From Macrostomum lignano (lineage: Eukaryota), in the NCBI GenBank assembly GCA_002269645.1, contig NIVC01002684.1, positions 47,674 to 111,673 on the forward strand: a stretch of DNA of 64,000 nt. Direction: 5' to 3'. Shown piece after piece: positions 38,876 through 50,794 of this stretch. The notes under the pieces were generated by a model. It was not told the DNA's origin and made no database searches. It saw only the letters and a program-made list of their open reading frames with translations. The stretch's first letter is position 1. Each line of letters begins with the position of its first letter. Both the position numbers and the translations under genes were made by a program.

Positions 38876-39865
38876 AAGCTGGAAAGAAAGCTGGGAGGTG
38901 ATAAAAATTGTTTCAGAGAAATGTAGGAAATAAGCAGAAAATGCGAACCAAAAACACACAAGTTAGCAGCCATTGAAATAAAAGTACAGGAACTGCGGAG
39001 AGCTAGGTCTGGCACGCAAGCTTTTCATGTCGTCAGTTGCGAGTGGAAACTGAGCACCATTCAAAACCGACATGGAACACGAACAGAGCTAGCACGCCGA
39101 TACACTGTAATTACAGACACGCACACAGGCTTTGGCTTTCGCTGAGCCAAGTATTGCTAGAAAATGAATTTGCGTCATTGCTGAAACCAGTTGAGCGATT
39201 CTGTCAGCACTTCTGAGCTAGTGCGTCTGATGAGACAAATACCTACTACTTCAGTTGAACCGTTGTTTATGAATGGCTTTAATGAGGCCCTTGAGCGAGA
39301 TTTGTAATTTTAATCTTTCAGCGTTTCATTTGGGTTAATATTTTCATCCAAATATAGAAGGGCTTTATGATAGTGCTGTTGTCAGTACTCGTACTGATTC
39401 ATTGATATTCATTTGTTCACTCACTACCATCTGCTTCGCAATGACTTCCTTTTTCTCTTTTAAATCACTGCTCAACTACGTGTAGGAAGTTTCTAGAACT
39501 TGTAAAATTCTAATGCGAGGTCAGGTTTCAAGCTGTTTCATAAGACTTGTTTTCAGCAATCAGCAATTTGCTTTTCTGCTCCCGGGCACCATATGCTAAA
39601 TAGTTTTCAAGCGAGGAGTCAGCAATGAATAATTTTACAATAGAAACTTTCATTTATACAACAGCTTAAAACGCCCACGGAGTCAACAGCTGGTGCAAAC
39701 GACTCTTTCTAAGACACAGCGCTCACTGTTACTAAAGGCGCTCTCGTCACTGATTCTTTTTATACTCTAGCGTAGCTCAACACAACGCAAAACTACTCAA
39801 GCTCAACCGAGAAAGCCTTTTGACGTATTTCCAAGAGAGCAGTCAACACTGACAACATTATCCAG

Positions 39866-40276
39866 ATGAAGACTTGTACAACAGCTGCACTGCTAACTGC
39901 CGCAGCTCTGATGCTCTGCAGCTTGGCCGTGGCGGTCCCGCTGGACTGTCCGATCAATCGCCACGCCGACTGGGAGATCATCGCCGGCAAGAACATCAGC
40001 CAGCTGCTCATTAACATCAAGCTGAGCAACGGCAGCTGCGTGGAGGTGCACGATCAGGGCACGCCGACTACTTTTACAACTTCGCGGGCCCGCGGCTGCA
40101 CCTTCTGCATCGAGGGCCACTGCGTCCCGGTGCCCCGGCTGCCCAGCCCGCCAACCTGCGACTCTGTGCAGGGCCCTGACTGCGGTCAGTACTTCACCGC
40201 CAAGGGCAATCGAGCTGCGCCCTGCGCGGATGCCAACCCGCTGCTGTCCAGCCTCAGCCTTGCGGGCAAGAAGTAA
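39866..40276 (+). CDS. Single-exon secreted cysteine-rich protein (136 aa), family not recognised
   Basis: Signal peptide MKTCTTAALLTAAALMLCSLAVA; 8 Cys in the mature part; GC3-rich codons; AATAAA at 40429. Confidence 0.72.
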   Translation: MKTCTTAALLTAAALMLCSLAVAVPLDCPINRHADWEIIAGKNISQLLINIKLSNGSCVEVHDQGTPTTFTTSRARGCTFCIEGHCVPVPRLPSPPTCDSVQGPDCGQYFTAKGNRAAPCADANPLLSSLSLAGKK

Positions 40277-40751
40277 ACATGGCGCATTGACTCCGGGTGA
40301 AGGGTGCAGACAGTGTGACAGTGGGAACCCGACAGCTGACTATGTAGTACTATATTTATTGACAACTGATAATTAACTACATGTATTCCAGTCCAAAACA
40401 AGCGGTAAATAATCAATTATTTTATTTCAATAAAAATTGACTCCGGGAGCAGGATACACTCCGCTCCTGTGAATATTAGAAGAATGATGAATGCAGAAGC
40501 CGGTGAAAACCAGGCAAGGTACGCGCGCACTCGAATGCAGAGAAGGTCGAAGAGATTACTGGACGCGATTCTGCGATGAAGCTTTCAATTTCACTGATTT
40601 GAAATCCATTGTGAGCCTCACGCTGCGAGCCCAATGATTAGTGAGGGAGGGAGGGTGACGCATATTATAAAATTCATTTGCCTGTTGTTCGCAAACAGGA
40701 AGGCGAGCTTCCGTGTTGTCGGGCAATTGGAAAGTCAATGACAGATAAGGG

Positions 40752-40784
40752 TCAGACAAAGACAGACAGACAAACAGACAGCCA

Positions 40785-40819
<35 letters not shown>

Positions 40820-40822
40820 CTA

Positions 40823-40855
<33 letters not shown>

Positions 40856-40910
40856 CTAAGACAGACAGACAGACACTAAGACAGACAGACAGACAGACAG
40901 ACAGACACTA

Positions 40911-40943
<33 letters not shown>

Positions 40944-41018
40944 CTAAGACAGACAGACAGACACTAAGACAGACAGACAGACAGACAGACACTAAGACAG
41001 ACAGACAGACAGACACTA

Positions 41019-41059
<41 letters not shown>

Positions 41060-41083
41060 CTAAGACAGACAGACAGACAGACA
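40752..41083. repeat. (GACA)n microsatellite with repeated CACTAA interruptions
   Basis: Directly visible. Confidence 0.95.
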
Positions 41084-41690
41084 CGGAGTTGAAAAAGCCA
41101 CACAGGAAATTCCCCGTCGCACCAAATGCACTACTCAGTGAGTAGAAGGCCTGGCTAGAAGGAGAATAATTTGTAATTTTAGTTAGGAAATCACTTATTC
41201 ATCAAGAGTAATTATGAAACTATTATTTAAAAAAAACTGGAGTACACTTTACTGATAGAAAACTCATAAGTGTTTCATTAATACAGTTTACTTATAATTG
41301 ACCAAACAAGAGCACAGCTCACAGCTGACTGACCTTGTCAATTAAAAACTATTTTAAAGATTTAAAAAGACAATTAAAATTTGCATTGCAATCCATAGTA
41401 TACAAAAAACAACAAAATTACAAAACGAGACAATTACAAAGCAGTCAATCAGCAGGAATATAACTAAGCTAGAATATTTATCAAAAAGCGATCAGATTAC
41501 TTGAATATAACTACAAAGCAAGATTATTGCAAGTTGAGAATTTTTCTGAGTAACTGTCTACTTTTAAGTAGTAGGCCTCTTAAATGGCACGCAAGTTTAG
41601 ACAACTATTGTATATAATGACAATATCCGCTAGCGATTATTCAATAATTAACATCAACCTCTATAACTCTATAACCTCTATAATGATTGG

Positions 41691-42920
41691 GGTGCACACC
41701 GAGTGACACATTCCTATTCTATGAACAGGGATTGGGTGTACACCGAGTGACACATTCCTATTCTATGAACAGGGATTGGGTGTACATCGAGTGACACATT
41801 CCTATTCTATGAACAGGGATTGGGGTGTACATCGAGTGACACATTCCTATTCTATGAACAGGGATTGGGGTGTACATCGAGTGACACATTCCTATTCTAT
41901 GAACAGGGATTGGGGTGTACACCGAGTGACACATTCCTATTCTATGAACAGGGATTGGGGTGTACATCGAGTGACACATTCCTATTCTATGAACAGGGAT
42001 TGGGGTGTACACCGAGTGACAAATTCCTATTCTATGAACAGGGATTGGGGTGTACATCGAGTGACACATTCCTATTCTATGAACAGGGATTGGGGTGTAC
42101 ATCGAGTGACACATTCCTATTCTATGAACAGGGATTGGGGTGTACATCGAGTGACACATTCCTATTCTATGAACAGGGATTGGGGTGTACATCGAGTGAC
42201 ACATTCCTATTCTATGAACAGGGATTGGGGTGTACATCGAGTGACACATTCCTATTCTATGAACAGGGATTGGGGTGTACACCGAGTGACACATTCCTAT
42301 TCTATGAACAGGGATTGGGGTGTACATCGAGTGACACATTCCTATTCTATGAACAGGGATTGGGGTGTACACCGAGTGACAAATTCCTATTCTATGAACA
42401 GGGATTGGGGTGTACATCGAGTGACACATTCCTATTCTATGAACAGGGATTGGGTGTACATCGAGTGACACATTCCTATTCTATGAACAGGGATTGGGGT
42501 GTACATCGAGTGACACATTCCTATTCTATGAACAGGGATTGGGGTGTACATCGAGTGACACATTCCTATTCTATGAACAGGGATTGGGGTGTACATCGAG
42601 TGACACATTCCTATTCTATGAACAGGGATTGGGGTGTACATCGAGTGACACATTCCTATTCTATGAACAGGGATTGGGGTGTACACCGAGTGACACATTC
42701 CTATTCTATGAACAGGGATTGGGTGTACATCGAGTGACACATTCCTATTCTATTAACAGGGATTGGGTGTACACCGAGTGACACATTCCTATTCTATGAA
42801 CAAGGATTGGGTGTACATCGAGTGACACATTCCTACTCTATGAACAGGGATTGGGGTGTACATCGAGTGACACATTCCTATTCTATGAACAGGGATTGAG
42901 TGTACATCGAGTGACACATC
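41691..42920. repeat. 45-bp minisatellite, about 27 copies
   Basis: gagtgacacattcctattctatgaacagggattggggtgtacatc units. Confidence 0.97.
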
Positions 42921-43301
42921 CCGATTCTATTCCGAGAGAAACTTGAATGATAGTTTCACAGCAAAAGTAAGGACTAAACCGATAAACTCACACGTTTCGT
43001 TGCAAATTATTGTCATTAACTAGTCAGTAAATTGTCCTAGGCAGCAAAATTCGAGTCAATGAAAGAAAGAGTTGGATTTGGAAGAAAGTATTCAACACTG
43101 CAGATAAGAGCACTCATCAACAGCGGAAGGAACAGTTTTACACGCAATAAAAATTCAAAACTGCTAATCGCAACGGGATAATCAGAATGTGAGCAAAGCA
43201 TAAATCAATCAATACTACTATTCGTAAAAGTAGTAATGTAACTAACGTTTTTATAGAACACAAATACCAAAATAACTAAATGGGCCACTCAGGCATAAGT
43301 A

Positions 43302-43692
43302 CAGGGTGTCCCACAAGTAACCCTACAACTTGTTTCGTGAATAACCCTGTGATTAATGCTTGGATCCCCACCAGATTTTAGCATAGGAAAATATATAGAA
43401 AAGGGATTTTCTGACACCAAAAGCATGTTCATACGTTAAAAAATACAGTCCGTTCAGGGTCCTTCGATGTGGCCACCGCCGTTTGTAAGGCAGGCCTCCA
43501 GCCGCCGCGGAAAGTCCAGCAGGGCTTTGGTAAGCGTCTCAGGCGAAATCTGGGCCTGATATGAACATGCTTTTGGTGTCAAAAAAATCCCTTCTCTATA
43601 TATTTTCCTATGCTAAAATCTGGTTGGGATCCAAGCATTCATCACAAAGTTATTCACGAAACAAGTTGTAAAGTTACTTATGGGACACCCTG
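43302..43692. mobile_element. Tc1/mariner-superfamily deletion derivative (MITE) with ~130-bp TIRs and a transposase C-terminal remnant
   Basis: TA|CAGGGTGTCCCA...TGGGACACCCTG|TA. The ~125-bp core reads on the minus strand ISPETLTKALLDFPRRLEACLTNGGGHIEGP*, like DD37D/maT-type C-termini. Confidence 0.8.
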
Positions 43693-44207
43693 TACTTAGT
43701 AAAACAGCTTTCTACTTTCAGTTCAGTAGCAAAGAAGAATACATAAGCTATTTTATAAAAAATAAAGGCAGCTGAAATGACTTCGATAAGTTTAGAAGCC
43801 CAAGCTTGCAGGCGTAAACAGCTTGCTAATTGGTTCAGCAATAATGTACATTGGCCAGTCCACTGAAATGTACATGGCAGCTTTAGGCTGGAATTCCGAG
43901 AAAGGCAATAAAAATTGGGGTGGGGCGGGGGCAGTGTGGAAAGGCGCGGTTGGAGGGTTTAAGCTGGGGGCAAGAGCCAATAAATGAGCCTTGGCTTTAA
44001 AAATGCATTAAAATGCTTTTGCTTAACTTACTACTGAACTGAAAGTAGCTTGCACGCAAATGTGCTGAGTGGCCAATCCAGCCATTCTAGCATCTGTGTA
44101 TAAGATTTTAGGCTGCAATATAGCTAGTTTTAAAATAAAACAATACATTATTGCCTACTAACAAGTAGCAAAACAAGAGTATTATGAAGCCAAGTTAGTA
44201 GAACTGC

Positions 44208-44411
44208 TTAACCGGCCCCACCAGATAATTTCTTGATAACGCCAAGGCCCTGCTCCTGATACTCTTGGCGACTGATCCAGAACTTGTCGTCGTGGTCTTT
44301 CATTATATCGGCCAGTATAGCGCCGCCCAGAAACACCATGTGCTTGCGCCGGGGCGGGTCCTCTATGCGGATTTTGAACTTGCCCAGCCGGTCAGTGTCG
44401 CCTTTCAGTAC
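44208..44411 (-). CDS. ACTR2: Actin-related protein 2, exon 4 (last)
   Basis: [39 protein letters not shown]; phase-0 acceptor at 44412. Confidence 0.95.
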   Translation of the reverse strand, partial: VLKGDTDRLGKFKIRIEDPPRRKHMVFLGGAILADIMKDHDDKFWISRQEYQEQGLGVIKKLSGGAG

Positions 44412-44464
44412 CTTTGCAAATGGCATTGTGAAATATGCGTACTCTCTCTTAAATGTCTTCTCTC

Positions 44465-44905
44465 ATCTATACAGCTCACCGTCTGATCTATACAGCTTAC
44501 CCTCTGATCTATACAGCTCACCCTCTGACCTATACAGCTTACCCTCTGATCTATACAGCTCACCTTCTGATCTATACAGCTTACCCTCTGATCTATACAG
44601 CTCACCCTCTGACCTATACAGCTCACCCTATGATCTATACAGCTCACCCTCTGATATATACAGCTTACCCTCTGATCTATACAGCTCACCCTCTGATCTA
44701 TACAGCTCACCCTCTGATCTATACAGCTCACCTTCTGATCTATACAGCTCACCTTCTGATCTATAGATCTCCCACTCTGATCTCTATAGATCTCCCACTC
44801 TGATCTATAGATCTCCCACTCTGATCTATAGATCTCCCACTCTGATCTATACAGCTTACCCTCTAATCTCTAAATCTCTCACTCTGATATCTACATCTCC
44901 CACTC
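44465..44905. repeat. 21/20-bp minisatellite in ARP2 intron 3
   Basis: ctgatctatacagctcaccct and ctgatctatagatctcccact units. Confidence 0.92.
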
Positions 44906-44942
44906 TGATCTGTAAATCTCCCTCTCCGACCCTCCGGCTCAC

Positions 44943-45167
44943 CTGTTCCAAGTACAGCTGCTTCATCTCCCGCTCCAGCCTGCTGGGCAGACCCGGATAC
45001 ATGGTGGTGCCACCTGACAGCACAATCTTCTTATAGAACTCAGGTCTGATATCCATGTCGGCCTGCTGGATGGTGTTAAACAGCAGTTCGGCCACGCCTA
45101 CTCCGTCAACATCGACCAGATGAGGCTGGAACAGAGCCTCTGGCGCTTGGAAACGCTCGCCGCTCAC
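44943..45167 (-). CDS. ACTR2: Actin-related protein 2, exon 3
   Basis: [15 protein letters not shown]...[28 protein letters not shown]; cag| acceptor and |gtgagc donor. Confidence 0.95.
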
Positions 45168-45203
45168 CTGATTGATGGGGTGAGGGAGAGGTGGCGGAGA
45201 CAT

Positions 45204-46414
45204 AGTCAGACAATATGAACAAACCTGACACTGACACAGTGCCTGTCAGACAGTATGAACAAACCTGACACTGACACAGTGCCTGTCAGACAATACAAGC
45301 AAACCTGACACTGACACAGTGCCTGTCAGACAGTATGAACAAACCTGACACTGACACAGTGCCTGTCAGATAATATGAACAAACCTGACACTGACACAGT
45401 GCCTGTCAGACAGTATGAACAAACCTGACACTGACACAGTGCCTGTCAGACAATATGAACAAACCTGACACTGACACAGTGCCTGTCAGACAGTATGAAC
45501 AAACCTGACACTGACACAGTGCCTGTCAGACAGTATGAACAAACCTGACACTGACACAGTGCCTGTCAGACAATGAAAGCAAACCTGACACTGAAATAGT
45601 GCCTGTCAGACAATGAAAGCAAACCTGACACAGACACAGTGCCTGTCAGACAATATGAACAAACCTGACACTGACACAGTGCCTGTCAGACAGTATGAAC
45701 AAACCTGACACTGACACAGTGCCTGTCAGACAGTATGAGCAAACCTGACACTGACACAGTGCCTGTCAGACAGTATGAGCAAACCTGACACTGACACAGT
45801 GCCTGTCAGACAGTATGAGCAAACCTGACACTGACACAGTGCCTGTCAGACAGTATGAACAAACCTGACACTGACACAGTGCCTGTCAGACAATATGAAC
45901 AAACCTGACACTGACACAGTGCCTGTCAGACAGTATGAGCAAACCTGACACTGACACAGTGCCTGTCAGACAGTATGAACAAACCTGACACTGACACAGT
46001 GCCTGTCAGACAGTATGAGCAAACCTGACACTGACACAGTGCCTGTCAGACAGTATGAGCAAACCTGACACTGACACAGTGCCTGTCAGACAGTATGAAC
46101 AAACCTGACACTGACACAGTGCCTGTCAGACAATATGAACAAACCTGACACTGACACAGTGCCTGTCAGACAGTATGAGCAAACCTGACACTGACACAGT
46201 GCCTGTAAGACAGTATGAACAAACCTGACACTGACACAGTGCCTGTCAGACAATGAAAGCAAACCTGACACTGAAAGAGTGCCTGTCAGACAATGAAAGC
46301 AAACCTGACACAGACACAGTGCCTGTCAGACAATATGAACAAACCTGACACAGACACAGTGCCTGTCAGACAATATGAACAAACCTGACACTGACACAGT
46401 GCCTGTCAGACAAT
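45204..46414. repeat. 40-bp minisatellite, about 30 copies, in ARP2 intron 2
   Basis: aaacctgacactgacacagtgcctgtcagacagtatgaac units. Confidence 0.97.
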
Positions 46415-46438
46415 ACTCGATGAGCTAATGAAACTCAC

Positions 46439-46750
46439 CTTGATAACTCGACCGTCCGGCAGGGTGTACTTCTCTACTAGCACGGTGGTCTCGAGAGCCA
46501 GCCGCTCCTCCTGAGCAACATCGTAGGCCACGTAGCAGAGCCGCTCCTTGAGCTGTCGGATGGTCTCAAAATCTGCGCTAGCATTGAAAGCGTAGCCCCT
46601 GAGCAGCAGCAGCTTAATGAGGTAGCGGGTGATGTCCCGGCCGGCGATGTTTAATCGTTTAGTGAGGTGCGGCAGAGCGAAGCCGTCGTACACAGGGCAG
46701 ATGTGCGTGACGCCGTCGCCTGAGTCAACAACAACGCCTGTTAGAAGGCC
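46439..46750 (-). CDS. ACTR2: Actin-related protein 2, exon 2
   Basis: [24 protein letters not shown]...[10 protein letters not shown]; canonical phase-0 splice sites. Confidence 0.95.
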
Positions 46751-46989
46751 CTGTGAGGTGTTGTTGTGTTTAACGATTACAATCAAACTGTGTATGCAGT
46801 TTAAAGCATTGCTCTTATTATAGGAATATCAGGGCTAGTGGGATAGATCCTGGGATAGTGGGAATCCTTGGGATTTGGAAATCTAATTAATATTGGGAGA
46901 ATTCTCTGATATATACTGTGTATGCAGTATATTGGGGTGTGATGGGAGAATTCTGGGATTGGGGAATATTGGGATTTGGGAGTCCAGGG

Positions 46990-47475
46990 ATTAGGGAATC
47001 CGGGATTGGGGAATCCAAGGATTGGGGAATCCAAGGATTGGGGAATCCAGGGATTGGGGAATCCAAGGATTCAGGAATCCAGGGATTGGGGAATCCTGGG
47101 ATTGGGGAATCCTGGGATTGGGGAATCCTGGGATTGGGGAATCCTGGGATTGGGGAATCCTGGGATTGGGGAATCCTGGGATTGGGGAATCCTGGGATTG
47201 GGGAATCCTGGGATTGGGGAATCCTGGGATTGGGGAATCCTGGGATTGGGGAATCCTGGGATTGGGGAATCCTGGGATTGGGGAATCCTGGGATTGGGGA
47301 ATCCTGGGATTGGGGAATCCTGGGATTGGGGAATCCTGGGATTGGGGAATCCTGGGATTGGGGAATCCTGGGATTGGGGAATCCTGGGATTGGGGAATCC
47401 TGGGATTGGGGAATCCTGGGATTGGGGAATCCTGGGATTGGGGAATCCTGGGATTGGGGAATCCTGGGATTGGGA
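46990..47475. repeat. 16-bp G-rich minisatellite (ctgggattggggaatc) in ARP2 intron 1
   Basis: Directly visible. Confidence 0.95.
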
Positions 47476-47560
47476 GAATCGTCTGAGAGCGGTATGGCTC
47501 CAAGGAGCCGTTACTCCCACCGTTTGGGAGTATCCGTTTGAATGAACCAATATAGCCTAC

Positions 47561-48007
47561 CTGAGCGTAAAGAGTCAGGACAGCTTGAATCGCAACGTAC
47601 ACGCCAGAAAAGTTGTACTTTTCAAACATGGCTTCAATCATTCGCTCGCGATTCTTAGCCGGATTCATCGGCGGCTCAGTCAGGAGGATCTTTGTGTTCT
47701 GACAGTCTAAGTTCATCTTTTTCGACCCGAACGTGTAATCATAAAGGTGGAGCATGTCTGTCCAGTTGCTCACAATGCCATTCTCCATTGGATAATTAAC
47801 TTGTAGCATTTGGCGAACCTCGGCCGCCTCGTCACCAATCATGAGGTCGCGAACTTCAACGTCGCCAATGCGAGAGCTGCTTCTTAGAATCGGCCGGCCG
47901 ACTAGCGAGGGGAAAATGTGCTCGGGGTAGTTGGCCCCGGCCCGGCCGCACTTCACAAATCCTGTGCCATTGTCGCACACAACCACATGGCGGCCCTTGC
48001 TGTCCAT
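47561..48007 (-). CDS. ACTR2: Actin-related protein 2, exon 1
   Basis: [21 protein letters not shown]...LLTEPPMNP...[11 protein letters not shown]|gtaggc. The four exons total 395 aa, ARP2 length. Confidence 0.96.
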
Positions 48008-50794
48008 TGGCGATTTTCAATTCAAGTCGAATGCTTATGCGTTATGCATGAAATGTGGAAATAAGATTTACAAAGTTAACACTATGTACACTTACTTGAG
48101 TTGCAGTAAAGTCTATATGCCAATTTGGAAGAAGGCAATTGAGACATATAGGCTAAATACTTAACCTAATTAAGTACATTACATTTTTTCCTGTGCATGA
48201 ATATTTGTACACATTTTCCTTTGAACATTTCCTAAATTGAAAACCAGACATGCATCTATCACAAAACAATTTAATTAATTTATTTATATAATTTATTAAC
48301 TATTTACTTTGAATTGGAATCAGAAAGTTGACAATCTAAATACCAAATAGTTACTTTGATGTGGGGCGAAGATTTGGAACAAGAGTTGAATATTAGTGTT
48401 GTGGCTTATAAAAAAGGAAAAAATTAGGGATAAATAGGAATCAAAAAATTAGAGACTAGGAAGTTTGCATTTGAAAAGTTTAGTGTTAGGGTTAGGGGTT
48501 ATGGGCTTGTAGCTCATAAATGAGGGAGGGAATTAAGGATAGGAAAATATGTGGCATATCTTGAGGAAAAGCAGGGATGCTTGAGCAGTAGCAAGCATAT
48601 TGTGCTCAGATTGAGGCTTTGAGGCTTTAGGAAGAATTGGAGCATTAAGAATCAAGTTTATGGAACATGGATTTTGGGTGTGGTAATTTCTACAAACTTG
48701 GAAAGATGGGGTTGGCATCTGGTCTAAGTGCATTTCATTGGATAAGAAGATGCAAACCTAGTGGTTGAAGGCTACTAAAAAGGAATAGGGCTAGAAATTA
48801 AATACCATGTACTTCAAACAATGAATATAAACCTAGCTAGACATATCCACACACATTCAACCATAGTAAGTTGGGTATATTTTAGACTGAAATATTTGTG
48901 ACCACAAATGAAATCAATTGCAAAATCTGCATTGTCCACTATACTATTAAAGTTGGCAACTTTGTTGGTTGGTTAAAGTCATATTTTCTCTATGCTCTAT
49001 ATGAGCACTAATATCATTTACCAATTTAATTGCTCCAATGATCAGAACAGCTCCTATGTGGCAAAAACTAAAAGGCACCTACACACCATAGTCCCAAGTA
49101 TACACCATGCATGCAAGAATATTTTTTGCTTGGCATGCTGCACATGGGAGGGTTGGATCTAATCTACCTAGTGTATGCCAATAGACTGGTAGACTGGAGG
49201 TTACAATATGCATGCACAAGGCTACAATAATTTCTAAGTGTTGGAAAAACCATTCAAAACTTTAAAACAAGAGAGTGCAGATAAACAACACTTTAGAACT
49301 GCCTAAGAATAGGTCCTTGTTGCATATAAGAATTTCCCCTCAAAAATAGCATCTTTGGGAATATGGCCAATACTACACTAGAATTAGGGAGCATTAGTTC
49401 AAACCATTGGCAATCTAAATCCATCTCTTAGAATGCAATATTTGATTTAACTATAAACCCGAGAAATGATTTAAAGTCATTGACCATTGCTTATTTGACT
49501 TTAAAACTTCAGATTTAAAAAATACTATATAGTTTTTTCATTACAAATTATAACCATTAGCATAGTTTATGCTCTACTATATGTTAGTTGTTTTAGAATT
49601 TAAAAGCAGCTATGTGAAAAATATAGAACTAAAAGTTTGATATAGATTGCTTTTTGCAACCTTTTTCTATCTATTATGGTTCAAAATTTATAAGTGCAAA
49701 GTGCTTAAAGTTTGAAAACATGATAAGATCCTCTTGTATTTATAACCTATTTGCCATTGTTTAGATTATATAGGCCTATTAGTGTATGCCAGGTTTAATG
49801 CCAGAAAAATGACAAAACCTTGTCTATACACTGGATTTGTATGCCAATAAAAAAATTGTCATTTGACATTATGTAGGGGCCACACTTAGGAAGGTGAACA
49901 ATATAGTAGAAAATTCCAGCACACATCAATGAAAAATATGTGCAAATTTTTAGCACATAGTGGCACATAGCAAAAGTTGATAAGAAAAATTTAGCTTACA
50001 ATAAGTCACCTAAATGTATAATCTGCATATGCATTCCGTAAAATATGCTTTTAGATTACATTTTTTCCAAGTATATCAATTAAAAAATTGTTTCTTAGTA
50101 AGTAAAACAAATAATAAAATTCAAAATAGGATTTTACCATAAAGTTAAGCTAGGCCTAATTCTTTTGACAATTTTCTACATGAGCTAAAATAAAGCACAA
50201 GGTTTTGAGTTAAAAGCCTACAAAGGTACAAAAACTTATCCATTTTTTTACTTTCATTCTAATTGGACTTTTACTGAGTTTTTTAGTGCTATGGTACATT
50301 AGTACTCTAGCTATGTATTTGTCAATAAACAAATATAGGCCTTAGTACATAAATTCATATCTTAGCTTTGCACACAGCACACACTCCGCACACATGTGAT
50401 ACCTTCCTGAACCTTCCTATTTGCTGTCTCATATATGCCAGGAGATATCCTAATGTACACTAAAAGTGGTAAGACCTTTGTTATATACTAGGAAATATTG
50501 GCATACATGTCATCTTCCAAACTATGGCCTATTTGTTATATCAATTCCAAAGATGTACATTGTGTGTTAGTACAAAATGTCATTCTTTTAAACCTAGGCT
50601 AGGGCCTATGGTGATTTTTGGTTTATCTTTCTATTTGTAAAGAAAATTTGAGGGAAAGGGTCCAATTCTCTATATTGCATATCTGCCAGCTGACATGCAC
50701 ACAATTAAAACACTAGGTGGACAGCTGCCATGCATGCAATTAAAATACTGGATGAACGGACGGCTCCCATGCACGCAAGCTTGCTGTAGGTATA

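Noticed and set aside
46991-47560. Pro-rich repeat tail on the 338-aa ARP2 ORF
   Set aside because: Intron 1 read-through past the donor at 47560.
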